In this document: positions 10,117 to 21,021 of the stretch, piece by piece
How the letters are laid out: each line of letters opens with the position of its first letter
How positions within the stretch are numbered: the stretch's first letter is position 1
From: an uncultured Chloroflexia bacterium
GTDB lineage: Bacteria; Chloroflexota; UBA6077; JACCZL01
Assembly (NCBI GenBank): GCA_963765765.1
Contig: CAVXYC010000001.1
Coordinates: 256,001-320,000 of the forward strand
Direction: 5' to 3'
DNA length: 64,000 nucleotides
Notes under the pieces: generated by a model
Seen by the model: only the letters and a program-made list of their open reading frames with translations
The model's database searches: none
Told to the model about the DNA's origin: nothing
Program-made: the position numbers and the translations under genes

Positions 10117-11607
10117 ATGATCCCTACCTCTCTTCCAGCAATCCACCCGGTGAGCTCCACCGTCCGTCCAGGCGAATTGAAGCGTCAAGACGCGCTGATG
10201 CTCTGCGTGATATTTGCCGTGGCAACTACGCTTCGGTTCGTCTTTTTTCAGCACGCGCCGGTGTTCTTCGAAGGCGATGCCCGCGGCTACCTGGTGAGGG
10301 CTGTGGAGATCAGCACCGGTGAGGGCTTCCAGTTTAGTCTCAAGCGCACGCCCGGCTACCCGATGCTGCTGGCGGCGGTATTCAGTGTCGTGGGCCCAAG
10401 CCTCGAAGCGATTGTCATCGTGCAACATGCGCTAGGTATCGCCACCGCGCTCCTTATTTACGCCTGCGCCCGCCAGGTTGCCGGCCGAGCGGCGGGTCTC
10501 CTGGCAGGTCTTGCCACCGCTCTGAGCGGCTCGATGCTCATCTACGAGCACGTGATTCTGACCGAATCACTCTTTACGTTCCTGCTCGTGGCGTCGCTCT
10601 GGCTGGTGTTATTGGGTGCTTCGCATCGGTCCTGGCGCAAGCTTGGGATGGCCGGCGGCGTGGCCAGTCTGACGGCCATGATTCGTCCCGTTGGCCTTTG
10701 CCTGGCGCTTGTCGTGCCGTTGATCTTGCTCTGGCTGGTGCCGCGCCGTGATGGCCTGAAAGGGGGAGCCGCGTTTCTCGTGGCATTCGGGCTTGTCATG
10801 GCGCCGTGGGTTCTGCGCAATGCCCTGGTTCACGGTGAAGCCGAGGTGGTTCACCCCGGCCGATTCCTGATCGATCGAACGATCCGACACAATGCCACCG
10901 GAGTCTCGATGTACTCCGTACCCGACCGTCCGGATGATAGTCGCCGCATTCGGACAGGACGAGCGGTCCTCCGAGCCATCGAGCCAGAAGAGCCGTCGTC
11001 CTTCGAGGTGCACGCGGCACTAATGCGGCGCATGCAGTTGACGGACGCACAGGCCAGCGACCTTCTTCGCGACCTGGCCATTGACGCCATCCAGCGATCG
11101 CCAATGGTCTACCTCCAGGGCACATGGATGGAGCTGGGCGTGCTGGTGAATGGCGCACCCGAGTCCGTTGCGAAGCATGTTGCGGATCGTCGGTCGTCCT
11201 GGAAAGGCACCGATCTGGTGAGCTTAATCGCCACTGGAACAATTCCTGAGCTGATCCCGCCGACCTGGGATCCCGAGCCGCATCTCGCGACCGCTGAGGC
11301 GGCCGCCAACGTGTATCAGCCTGCGCGCTGGAACGTTGTGCTGCTTATCCTGGCCGCATGCGCTGCTTTCTGGGGCGTTCGAGACTCGAGCCGCCGTGCG
11401 GTTCTGTTTCCGCTGGGGATCGTTGCGGCCATGTCGGTCTGCACCGTGCTCATCAACGGCGCGCTCCCGCGCTATCGCTACCCTATGGATCCGTTGCTGC
11501 ACGTCGCCGCGGCATCCAGCCTCGTTTGGATAGGGTCTTCGATACGTGTTCGTCTCTGGCGGTCAGGATATCTTGGTCAGAGGAAAATGACGCACCAAAC
11601 GCCTTAG
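10117..11607 (+). CDS. GT39/PMT-like (GT-C fold) membrane glycosyltransferase
   Basis: GDARGY, RTPGYP, ILTESLFTFL, IRP, PWVLRN, PRYRYP motifs; ATG 10117 preferred over ORF start 9928. Confidence 0.8.
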   Translation: MIPTSLPAIHPVSSTVRPGELKRQDALMLCVIFAVATTLRFVFFQHAPVFFEGDARGYLVRAVEISTGEGFQFSLKRTPGYPMLLAAVFSVVGPSLEAIVIVQHALGIATALLIYACARQVAGRAAGLLAGLATALSGSMLIYEHVILTESLFTFLLVASLWLVLLGASHRSWRKLGMAGGVASLTAMIRPVGLCLALVVPLILLWLVPRRDGLKGGAAFLVAFGLVMAPWVLRNALVHGEAEVVHPGRFLIDRTIRHNATGVSMYSVPDRPDDSRRIRTGRAVLRAIEPEEPSSFEVHAALMRRMQLTDAQASDLLRDLAIDAIQRSPMVYLQGTWMELGVLVNGAPESVAKHVADRRSSWKGTDLVSLIATGTIPELIPPTWDPEPHLATAEAAANVYQPARWNVVLLILAACAAFWGVRDSSRRAVLFPLGIVAAMSVCTVLINGALPRYRYPMDPLLHVAAASSLVWIGSSIRVRLWRSGYLGQRKMTHQTP

Positions 11608-11812
11608 CCCCTACCACTTCGTTGGCGCTGAGACTAATGCGCCCGCGCGGCGGAACACCGCGCCACTGCGTCAGGCGAATGTGATCACGCTGGTACGAGG
11701 GGATCACGCCGTCCGGCGAATCGGTCATATTTAGAATCGAGAAGAAGACCCAGGAGTCACGCCGGCTGTTCCCTTCAGCGAGCTCCCATGTGCGACGCGG
11801 CGAGACGCCGGC
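11555..11812 (-). pseudogene. Inverted degenerate copy of the first repeat of the 6236..7780 gene
   Basis: GVSPRRTWELAEGNSRRDSWVFFSILNMTDS...IRLTQWRGVPPRGRISLSANEVVGAKAFGASFSSDQD matches 6520-6770. Confidence 0.85.
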
Positions 11813-11963
11813 GCTTCACGTGAGGCTCGTCACGATGTCTGCGTTTTGATCTACGCCACCCGGTCTCTCGACGGGCCTCGTCTCGGGTGGCGTTGAGCCG
11901 CTCGTATCTGATTGCGGGCGTCAGATGCCTGAACGCGATTCGAGCTGATGAGCCGATACTTGT

Positions 11964-13742
11964 TTATGAGCGCGATGTGTAAGTCACTTGTGCGTCGGTC
12001 TGATCGGTAGCGAAACGCACCCAGACATGGTGGCGGTCCTCGTCGTAATACCAGCCCTCTTCGGCGCCGGTAAGCGCCTGTCCCGATTGGAGCTGCGGGA
12101 GCCGCGTCTCAATGCCGCCCCGCGCCAAACTCACGACGGCTGGGCCGGATGGCTCCTTGATGCGCAGCGTATACAGCTCCGATCGGGAACCGGTCGCAAC
12201 CGTGACCTTCGAGCCCTCGCGACGAGCCTGAAGGAGCAATGTATCGTCGGGGCCGGCGTGATATTCTCGCGTGCTGTCACTGGCGGGATAGATAAGCAGG
12301 GTTAATCGTCCCGATGAGCTGCGATCTCCGTGTCCAGTCTCTGATCCCTCGACCTGGAGCGGAATGATGGCTCCGGATCGAATGTACAGTGGAATTCGAT
12401 CTTCTGGGGCCTGCACCGCGATGGTTCGCCCCCCTTCCTGCACCACGTCATCGTCCCAATAGTCGTACCATCGGGTGTCGGGCGGAAAGGTCACCTCGCG
12501 CGCTTCGCCCTCAGAGAGGATCGGGGCCACCAGGAAGTCCGGACCCAGCTCATATTGCTTTCGGTCGGAATCGGCATTTCGCACGATTGGCGTCCCAGTG
12601 CGATGGGCCACCATTCCGGCCGAATAGAGGTATGGGACGAGCTCGTGATGCAGCGTCGCATAGTAACGATAGTTCTCGAGCGCTCGCGGTCCGAGCAGCC
12701 ACGGCCGATGCTCTCCGCGTCCCCCGTTCTCCATGAGTGGAACCAACGCTCCGAACTGAGTCCAACGCATGAACACTCGTTCTGAGCGCTCCCCGCGTCG
12801 GTAGCCCCCGATATCCGACCCGATCGCCGAGAAGCCCTGCCTGCTCGATGTCGCGACATCATCAAATGCTTCCCGCAGCCCAGCCCAGCCAGGGTTTTGA
12901 TCGCCGGACCAACCGGCAGGATTCGCGTCCACCGGCGCGTAGGTCGTGCCACTGTCGGTGGCTCGCGCCAGGGTGACCGCATCCGGTTTACGCTCCACGA
13001 CGTAGCGGTACATCGCCCGGTAATACGCCTCCCCGTATTCGCGTTCGGTCTTGAGTCCCGCGGCGGTCTGAAACTGTGGAGGCAGATTCCCTTCGGGACT
13101 GTCGACTTTCCATCCGTCAACGCCCACGGCAAAGGCCCGGTCCATCTGGGAGTACCACCAGCGAACCGCGTCGGGATTGAAGAAGTCGATGGCCGAACCA
13201 CGCCCCTTGTCCCACTTGACGGTCCGCCCACCATCGACGAAGTACCCGGCAGCGTGCGCCTCATCGTAGTTCGAGGCTTTCCCGGGGTCCGGTCCGTCAT
13301 CCGATTCGGTATTGATGAAGCCGGTCACCCAGAGGATAACCCGGATTCCCCGATCGTGAAGCTCGCGGACAAGGCCCGCCGGATCCGGATAGTCGCTATT
13401 GAAGAGAAGCGTGTTGTAGTTCGTCTGCCAGGGGCTGTCGATGATCACGACGCCCACGGGAATGGTGCGCTGCCGGTAGCCTTCGACGAGCTCGCGAACG
13501 GCCTGTGCGTTGTTGTACTCGTCTTCCCAGACCCAGGGTTCGTAGACCCAGCGGGGCGTGAGCGGCGGGCGAACCTGGGACACGGACTGTGGTTCAGGTT
13601 CCGGAGTCGCCGCCGAAGTCGGATTCGGGCGACTCGAGGGAAGATAACCACAAGCGACCCCGCTCGCAACAAGCGAGATGATTAGGACTGCGATTGGAAG
13701 TCGAATTGGTCTCTCCTGAATTTTGGCTGCACGCGTGACCAC
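11964..13742 (-). CDS. Glycoside hydrolase family 31 protein, probable lipoprotein
   Basis: VIIDSPWQ, DGWKVD nucleophile region, WSGD, GSDIGGY, RWTQFGA, LVPYLYS; lipobox-like VAC; start uncertain. Confidence 0.88.
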   Translation of the reverse strand: MVTRAAKIQERPIRLPIAVLIISLVASGVACGYLPSSRPNPTSAATPEPEPQSVSQVRPPLTPRWVYEPWVWEDEYNNAQAVRELVEGYRQRTIPVGVVIIDSPWQTNYNTLLFNSDYPDPAGLVRELHDRGIRVILWVTGFINTESDDGPDPGKASNYDEAHAAGYFVDGGRTVKWDKGRGSAIDFFNPDAVRWWYSQMDRAFAVGVDGWKVDSPEGNLPPQFQTAAGLKTEREYGEAYYRAMYRYVVERKPDAVTLARATDSGTTYAPVDANPAGWSGDQNPGWAGLREAFDDVATSSRQGFSAIGSDIGGYRRGERSERVFMRWTQFGALVPLMENGGRGEHRPWLLGPRALENYRYYATLHHELVPYLYSAGMVAHRTGTPIVRNADSDRKQYELGPDFLVAPILSEGEAREVTFPPDTRWYDYWDDDVVQEGGRTIAVQAPEDRIPLYIRSGAIIPLQVEGSETGHGDRSSSGRLTLLIYPASDSTREYHAGPDDTLLLQARREGSKVTVATGSRSELYTLRIKEPSGPAVVSLARGGIETRLPQLQSGQALTGAEEGWYYDEDRHHVWVRFATDQTDAQVTYTSRS

Positions 13743-14361
13743 GGTCCGGAAACGAAGGCTGCAGCTTAACAGACTTCTAGAATTTTCTTCGAGGACCGCT
13801 ATTTGTCGTCGCGTGTGCATGAAGATAGTGGAGCAATGAGAGACACGGTCGTCAGTGTCGTGGTTATGGCTGCCGATTCGATTCGTCGTTCTGGCCCTCG
13901 AACCGATCGTTGCCGACGGAATCGCAATCTTCGATCCCTCGTCGGTGTGGACGTCGCCAACGCCCCCGCGCGAAGCGCTCCCTCGGGATGACGAGCGGCC
14001 GAATGGCTTCGTCGCCGAAGACATGGACGATCATTCCGTCATATTGCCGAGCGAAGCCTCCGTCTGGCGCAGCCACGTTCCGGCCCAGCCCTCGGAGGGG
14101 CCGGAGCAACTCTAAAGTCTTGTCGTGATCATCACATGGACCACGTCTGCGATGGAGGCCGTGGAGGCATTCACGTCCGGCATCCAGCGATCGCGTATCG
14201 TTGGATGAACGTTTGAAAAGGACACACCGGTCGTATACGAGCGGACTACTCCACCGCTTTTCCCGGGCGCATTTTGGTCCTATAAGAACGGAGAGCCGTG
14301 GAAATCTTCCACGGCTCTCCTTAATTGCGGCTGGCGCTCGCCAGCCCAAATAGCGAAGGCC

Positions 14362-15624
14362 TTATCCCGGCACGCACGAGGGGTGATTCGCCTGGCAGCC
14401 CCACGGGTATGGGACCTTCCTGCCAGTCTGAATTCCAGCCTTCTGCGCTTCGATGGCCGCCGCACGGTTAGGCTCGATTAGATCGAAGTCGGCGATGGTC
14501 TTCGGTCCGATGAAATTCTGCTCGGTCGTCCAACCGGCGTCTTTGATCAGCTTGCCCAGCGGGTATTTGTCCGCCTCTGGAGCATAGAACGGGCGGGCGC
14601 CGCCGCCACCCAGCTCCGCCTGGATCCACTCGCCGTCGAGGTTCCGCCAGGCGAAGAACAGCATCGCCAGGTCCGGGTTATTCGCCGAGATCGCCGGCGT
14701 GCAGGTCAGGAGGAAGTTGGAGGCGGCGAACTCGGGCCAGGCAAAAGCCAGCGGCGCACCGCGGCTCATCTGCGTGTAGGCCGTGTCCATGCTCATCCAG
14801 CCGATGTCGCCTTCACCCTGGATCACAGCCTGGACAACGCCGTTGCTCCCGCCCGATATCAGCTTGAGACCGTTGGCGCCCAGGTTGTTCGCGAAGGCCG
14901 TGCCGCGCTCCAGGCCCCAGCCGTTGGGGAGCATCAATTCCTTGAACCCGAGCCCCTGAGCGTCGAATGCCGCGCGTCCCTTCCACTTGTCAGTGAGCAG
15001 GTCGTCCCACTTGAAGTTTTGCATCTCCTCGGCTTTGACGTTGCGCGTGTTGTACGCCAGCGACCAGCCCTGTTGAGTGTGGAGCATGCAGTAATCCTGC
15101 AGGGTCGTGCCGTCAGGCCCGCCGGGCACGTCCGGGTACATCTTCCGCAGGTCGTTGATGGCGGGCCATTCCTGCGCCAGCACGTCCCACGGCACCTTCT
15201 TCCAGGCGCCCTGCTCCATGGGCGGGACGAAGTTGCTGGGGTTGCCGCCTTCCACCCAGTCCACGACGCCGATGTTGGAGGGCATGGCCTGGAGGATCTT
15301 GACCGGAATCTCGCGCGACCCGTGTCCCGGCTCGCTCTCAAGCTCGATCTTGATTCCGAAGCGCTGCTCGAATCGCTTCTCGAGCTCCTTGACGACCTCC
15401 GCGTCATAGCCTGTCATGCCGCCGCGGAGCTTTCCGTTGCTCGCCTTGGCTCGGGCCACGAGCGCGTTGAACTCAGCCTTTGGGTCGGCCGCCGGCTTCG
15501 CGGCCTCGCCAGATTTTGCCGCCTCCGCCGGTTTCGCTGGGGCCGCGGTGGGGCTTGGCGCAGCCGCCGGTGCACACGCCGAGAGCACCAGGAACGGCAA
15601 CATCAGCCATGAGAGTCGCTTCAT
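14362..15624 (-). CDS. ABC transporter substrate-binding lipoprotein (Fe3+/extracellular solute-binding type)
   Basis: LSAC lipobox, PA/K-rich linker, AYNT and WDDLL..KWKG motifs, AGGAGG RBS, downstream of permease. Confidence 0.82.
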   Translation of the reverse strand: MKRLSWLMLPFLVLSACAPAAAPSPTAAPAKPAEAAKSGEAAKPAADPKAEFNALVARAKASNGKLRGGMTGYDAEVVKELEKRFEQRFGIKIELESEPGHGSREIPVKILQAMPSNIGVVDWVEGGNPSNFVPPMEQGAWKKVPWDVLAQEWPAINDLRKMYPDVPGGPDGTTLQDYCMLHTQQGWSLAYNTRNVKAEEMQNFKWDDLLTDKWKGRAAFDAQGLGFKELMLPNGWGLERGTAFANNLGANGLKLISGGSNGVVQAVIQGEGDIGWMSMDTAYTQMSRGAPLAFAWPEFAASNFLLTCTPAISANNPDLAMLFFAWRNLDGEWIQAELGGGGARPFYAPEADKYPLGKLIKDAGWTTEQNFIGPKTIADFDLIEPNRAAAIEAQKAGIQTGRKVPYPWGCQANHPSCVPG

Positions 15625-15818
15625 AGGTCCTCCTCCTTCACTATCTAAGCCCTTAACTCACCCGCCGAAGCGCAGATAGGGCATCTTATCTTCAGCTATT
15701 TGACACTATGACATCGATGCTTGAAAAGGAATAGGAGAAGGTCAAATGCTTGAAGTCAAAGACGGATCCGATCACTGCCGAGTCCCGTGACCTCTAGCAT
15801 CTGACCTCTCGCCTCTCT

Positions 15819-17582
15819 CTAGTGCTCTCCTATAGCTCGGGTGATCCACTTGCGGCCGATAAGCACGGCCAATATGTTCACCGTGACCAGTGCTACCATC
15901 ATCGCCGCGGCAATCGGGAAATTGCCTCCCGAGTAGCGTCCGAAGATAATGTTGGCCACGGTCTGAGCGCCGGCACTGGCAACCATGAGCGGAATCGTGA
16001 AGTTACGCGACGAGTTGACGAAGATCCACAGCCAGCCATTCACGAACGCCGGTAAGAGCAGCCGCAAATTGATATAGAAGAAGCTGCGCACATAGCTGAC
16101 CCCGGCCGTGAGCGCGGCTTCTTCCAGCTCCCGATGAATCTGCACCTGCGCGGCGTGCATGAGCCGCGTGCCGTAGGCAATGTAATTCGCCGTGAAGGCC
16201 AGCGAGACCAGGATGAGCGTTCCGTACAGCGGACCACCGATGAACATCAGGAAGAATGCCAGGCCGGAGATCACGCCGGGGATGGCCAATGGCATGAACG
16301 CCAGTATGTTGACGAGTCTCGTCAGCGGTGAGGGCCACCGCACAAGTTGCCAGGCGAAAAAGCTGACCAGAAGCATCGTTATCGTAGAAGCGACCAGGGC
16401 CACGATGAGCGAATTCAATGCGTACTGCCCGAAGAAGCGCCAATCCAGCATGCTCTCGTAATTGCTCATGGTCCAGACGATGTTCACTCCTGGGACCAGA
16501 GGCTGGTAGAACCGCTGGAAGCTCGTAGCCAGCAACACGATGAACGGGATGACCACCTTGATGAGCATGAACAGCATCACGAAGCCCAGCGCTACCCACC
16601 GCCAGCGGCCCAGGGGAATGACGCGTGGTCGATATGCCTTCCCGGTGATGACGGTGTATTTGGAGGCTGCACTCACAAGGCGCATATAGAATGCGATGCC
16701 GATGATGCCTACCAGTAGGCCAAACATGCCCAGTGCCGCGGGCTGACCGTATTGGACGCCCGCACCGGTGGCTGGATTGAGTAGCTCATAGACTCGCGTG
16801 GAGAGGACGTCGATCCCAGCCGTCTTACCCAGCGCCAGCGGCGTCTCCAGTGACTCGAGCCCGACGACCGTGAAGAGCACGATGATCGAGAGCAATCCCG
16901 GCGTCATAAGCGGGCCGGTGACGTGACGAATCGTCTTCCAGCGGCTAGCGCCGGTGGCGGCGGCTGCTTCCTCGAGCGTCGGGTCCATATTGCGCAGCAC
17001 GCTGATAAGCAGAAGCCACATGGACGGGACGATACCCAGGGCGTGGACGAAGATCATCCCTTCCATACTGAAGATGTTGACCGGTCCCTCACGGATGTCG
17101 AGGCCAAAAATCTGGCGCGCCCATTGATTCAACGTGCCCGCGCGCGGACCGAGGAGCAATACCCAGCCCAGGGCGGTGGCAAAGGGTGGAATGCTAAGTG
17201 GAATGAACATGAGCGTATACATGGACGTACGGAACGGCATGTCCGTCCGCTCGGTCAGGAATGCGATCGTGAAGGCAATCGGCACGCCGATGATCATGGA
17301 GCCCACCGCATACACCACGGTGTTCCGCAGCATCGTAAGCGTGCTGGGGTGACCGAACACATCTATGTAGTTGCTCAGGACGAAGGCGTCAAACCCAAGC
17401 GGTTTCGAGTTGGCCGGACGGAAGCTGGCGATGGCCATCACGATGAGCGGGACCACCACAAGCACGGTCAGAATGATCAGTGCTATGAGCGGTGCCGCGA
17501 CCTGGATCCTGAAGATTCGGTCGAGGCGCCAGGCCGATCGCGTGGATGGAGTCCCCCGATGCTCGAGGGTAGTTGTAGCCAT
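15819..17582 (-). CDS. ABC transporter permease, FbpB type (two BPD_transp_1 halves)
   Basis: Two EAA loops (DPTLEEAAAATGA, HRELEEAALTAGV); no ATPase gene recognised nearby. Confidence 0.9.
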   Translation of the reverse strand: MATTTLEHRGTPSTRSAWRLDRIFRIQVAAPLIALIILTVLVVVPLIVMAIASFRPANSKPLGFDAFVLSNYIDVFGHPSTLTMLRNTVVYAVGSMIIGVPIAFTIAFLTERTDMPFRTSMYTLMFIPLSIPPFATALGWVLLLGPRAGTLNQWARQIFGLDIREGPVNIFSMEGMIFVHALGIVPSMWLLLISVLRNMDPTLEEAAAATGASRWKTIRHVTGPLMTPGLLSIIVLFTVVGLESLETPLALGKTAGIDVLSTRVYELLNPATGAGVQYGQPAALGMFGLLVGIIGIAFYMRLVSAASKYTVITGKAYRPRVIPLGRWRWVALGFVMLFMLIKVVIPFIVLLATSFQRFYQPLVPGVNIVWTMSNYESMLDWRFFGQYALNSLIVALVASTITMLLVSFFAWQLVRWPSPLTRLVNILAFMPLAIPGVISGLAFFLMFIGGPLYGTLILVSLAFTANYIAYGTRLMHAAQVQIHRELEEAALTAGVSYVRSFFYINLRLLLPAFVNGWLWIFVNSSRNFTIPLMVASAGAQTVANIIFGRYSGGNFPIAAAMMVALVTVNILAVLIGRKWITRAIGEH

Positions 17583-17889
17583 GACTGTCAGTCCTCAGGC
17601 GCTCAGCGGATACCTCTAGGCATTGAGGCATTCCGCGATCGACGATGATCCGCTCCCAGTCCGTCATCACGGGTGCGTTCCGGACTGATGTAGCGGATTC
17701 TAGCGTGTGGCAGGTCGGAAGTCCCACAGATTCTTGCCAGCGCCTGATCCGCGCGAGTCTGACGCTTGCCACTCGACTTCAGAAGGCCTACGATGCGCCC
17801 TAACCAACGCGCAGCCATCGAAGCTTCAGCTTCCAGACTGATTGGAAGTGCGACACGGTCAGAGCTGCAATAGGCAGGTTCGCGGCGTT

Positions 17890-18013
17890 CAGCCGACACG
17901 TTCGAGCTGGGCCAAGCGCAGCCATGCTCGGGCGATTGCTCCTCCACGAGCTCTCGCTGGGGCGCGCTATCCCCCTGACCCTGCGCCCCCAGGCCACGGA
18001 GCTCATCCAGTGA
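17890..18013 (+). pseudogene. C-terminal remnant of an ABC_sub_bind paralog
   Basis: Degenerate QPT.FEL and AIPLTLRPQATELIQ* whose TGA overlaps the next GTG. Confidence 0.55.
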
Positions 18014-19019
18014 CGTACCTGAGCCGCCGCCGATTCTTCCGAGGAAGCCTGGGACTGGTCGGCATGGGTCTACTCTCTGGCTGCGGAAGCTCGTCGGTCC
18101 CATGGCAGCCAGCATCTGGCAAGCCAAAGGTTCCACGCATCGGGTACCTGGCGCTGAGAACGACTTCTACCGCGGAGCTCGAGGCGTTCCGCGACGGCCT
18201 GCGCGACCTCGGCTACGTGGAGGGCCAGAACATCACGATGGAGGTACGCCTGGCCGAATCGCCAGGGCTCGGCACCGGCCGCGGAGCTCGTTGCCGTGCC
18301 CGTGGATCTCATTGTGACTTCGGGAGCAACAGGGGAGATCCAGGCGGCGATGGACGCCACGCGCACGATCCCGATCGTCTTCGCCGCCGCGCCCGATCCG
18401 GTGCGGACAGGTTACGTGGCCAGCCTGGCGCGGCCGGGTGGGAACCTGACCGGGTTGAGTACCCTGGCGCCGCCGGCCAACGGGAGGCGCTTGCAGCTCC
18501 TGCGCGAGCTGATGCCGGGTGTCTCGCGGGTCATGTTTCTCGCCCCAACAGCGGGTGCAGAGGCTGCGGGCGCTCTTCAGGAGGTGCAGGCAGGCTGCCC
18601 AGTCGCTCGGGGTGCAGCTACTGGTACCGCACATCGTCACCGTCGCAGATCTACCGGACGCTTTGCAGATGGCCATTGACGAGCGTGCGGAGGCGCTCTG
18701 GATGAGCGGCTCACCGCTCCTCGGCGGTGAGGTGGGGCGAATCATGGAGTTCGCGACGGCGGCGCGGATGCCCGTGCTGTCTCAGACGCGGATCTACGCG
18801 GACGCCGGCGGTTTGATCTACTACGGGTCGAATCGGCTGGCCCAGTTCCGCCGTGCCGCCACCTACGTGGACAGGATCCTGAAGGGCGCCAATCCCGCGG
18901 ACATGCCGGTGGAGCAGCCCACCGAGTTCGAGCTGGTCATCAACCTCAAGACCGCCCAGGCACTCGGGATCACCGTCCCCAGGTCCGTGCTGGATCAGGC
19001 GACCGAGGTGATCCATTGA
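18010..19019 (+). CDS. ABC_sub_bind (PF04392) Tat lipoprotein, copy A (frameshifted)
   Basis: SRRRFF Tat motif, [47 protein letters not shown] across three frames. Confidence 0.85.
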
Positions 19020-20035
19020 CCGGCGTCAGTCGCCGTCAGTTTCTTGGGCGGAGCCTGGCTCTGGCCAGTTTGGGCCTGCTGTCCGGGTGTGCGGTCCTGC
19101 CGTGGCAACCACGGAAGCCGGCACGCGTGCCCGCGCGTTGGGTTCCTGCTCTTAGGTGGTCTGGGAGTCGTAGCTGCTGGGTCACCGCCCGACGCGTTTC
19201 TGGACGGCTTGCGGGAGCTGGGCTACGTGGATGGGCAGACCATGACGCTCGAGAGTCGCTGGGCTGAGAATCGGACCGAGCGGCTCCACCAGCTTGTATC
19301 CGAGCTGGTGAGCCTCGATGTGGACGTGATCGCCGTAGCCGGCAATGCCGCGATTCGGGCCGCGCTCGACATGACGAGCACCACCCCAATTGTCATGCTG
19401 GTCAGCGCCGATCCGGTCGGGGACGGTTTCGTGACCAGTCTGTCCCGCCCTGGCGGGAACCTGACCGGCCTGAGCTCAAACGCCGTCAATACGGTAGGAA
19501 AGCGGCTGGAGCTGCTCCGCGAGATCCGCCCATCCCTACGCAAACTCGCGGTGTTCTGGAACACCACCGAAGCATCCAAGGTCCGAGAATTTGACGAGCT
19601 ACGCACTCTGGCCCAGCGGGATAGTGTGGAGATCGTTTCCGCTGGAGTCACCGATCTGGATGACTTCGACCAGGGTCTGGCGGCCGTGGCCCAGGCTCGC
19701 CCTGAGGCGCTGATGATTCTGGAAGATCCGCTTATGGCAGGAAACCAGTACGGACGAATCGCCGACTTCGCGCTCACGAACCGACTCCCGTCAATGTCAG
19801 AGGCCGGGGAGCGGGTAAGTGCCGGCGGACTCGTTAGCTATGGCCGAAATCTCCCGGCCCTCTTTCGCCGCGAGCCGGGTACGTGGACAAGATCATCAAG
19901 GGCGCCAATCCAGGCGACCTGCCGATTGAGCAGCCCAACAAGTTCGATTTTGCCATCAACCTCAAGACCGCCCAGGCGTTGGGAATCACCGTCCCCAGGT
20001 CGGTACTGAATCAGGCGACGGAAGTCATTCAGTGA
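19016..20035 (+). CDS. ABC_sub_bind Tat lipoprotein, copy B (frameshifted)
   Basis: [33 protein letters not shown]-terminus QATEVIQ in a shifted frame. Confidence 0.85.
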
Positions 20036-21021
20036 ACCGTCGCCAGCTCATTCAGGGCGGGCTTGCGCTCGCCGGTGCGGGCCTGATCGGTGCCTGCGCG
20101 GGACTTTCATCGCGGACACGGCCGGTCCGCCTTTATCGCATTGCCTACCTCGTCTCCGGCTCGTTCGATTCGAGCGCGGCGAGCCTGGAAGCATTCCGGC
20201 AGGGTATGCACGATCTCGGGTATGCCGAGGGACAGGACTATGCGCTGGAGATCCGTGCCGCCGACGGCCGAGATGAGCACTTGCCGGGCCTGGCGGCGGA
20301 GCTGGTTGCGTCGAACCCCCGTCTTATCCTGACGGGTGGCCGCGAGGCAATCGGCGCTTTGCGTGGCGCAACTTCCACCGTACCCATTGTGTTTGCCAGC
20401 GCCGGTGACCCTGTTGCCGAAGGGTTTGTGGAAAGCCTCGCACGCCCGGGCGGAAATGCCAGTGGCCTGACACTTGGGACTGGAAATGTCTATCCCAAGC
20501 GGCTGCAGCTTCTCAAAGAGGTAGTCCCGAAACTATCGCGAGTGGCTGTCCTGCGGAGCCAGGGATCGTCCAGAGACTACGAGAACATTGTCGATGCGGC
20601 CCAGGTGATGGGCATCCAGGTGCTCACGCTGGCGCTATCGGGCACGGACGACTTCGATTCGGTCGCCTCGGCGGCGCTGGACGGGCATGCCGATGGACTT
20701 ATCGTGATCACCGACGCGATTTTCATGGCTCTGGCGCCGCGCATCGTCGCTTTCGCGGCCGTGAACCGGTTGCCCGCGATGTACGGTACGAACACGTATA
20801 TGCGCGCCGGCGGACTCATGTTCTACGGCGTCAACATCTCAGAGAATTACCGCCGCGCCGCCGTCCACGTCGATCGGATCCTCAAGGGCGCCAATCCGGC
20901 CGAGATACCCGTTGAGCAGCCGACGAAATTCGACTTCGCAATCAATCTCCAGGTGGCCCGCGCGCTGGGGCTGACGATTCCCCAGTCAGTGCTCAGCCAG
21001 GCCACCGAGATCGTTCAGTGA
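20032..21021 (+). CDS. ABC_sub_bind Tat lipoprotein, copy C (intact)
   Basis: [40 protein letters not shown]. Confidence 0.92.
   Translation: MNRRQLIQGGLALAGAGLIGACAGLSSRTRPVRLYRIAYLVSGSFDSSAASLEAFRQGMHDLGYAEGQDYALEIRAADGRDEHLPGLAAELVASNPRLILTGGREAIGALRGATSTVPIVFASAGDPVAEGFVESLARPGGNASGLTLGTGNVYPKRLQLLKEVVPKLSRVAVLRSQGSSRDYENIVDAAQVMGIQVLTLALSGTDDFDSVASAALDGHADGLIVITDAIFMALAPRIVAFAAVNRLPAMYGTNTYMRAGGLMFYGVNISENYRRAAVHVDRILKGANPAEIPVEQPTKFDFAINLQVARALGLTIPQSVLSQATEIVQ

Noticed and set aside
13855-14349. Small ORFs between GH31 and the SBP
   Set aside because: No convincing RBS or recognisable pattern on either strand
15788-15822. Degenerate 7-nt periodic repeats (also 5053-5090)
   Set aside because: Too short and degenerate to separate from ordinary intergenic heptamer repeats
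17603-17790. Remnant of the missing ABC ATPase
   Set aside because: No Walker or signature motif in any frame
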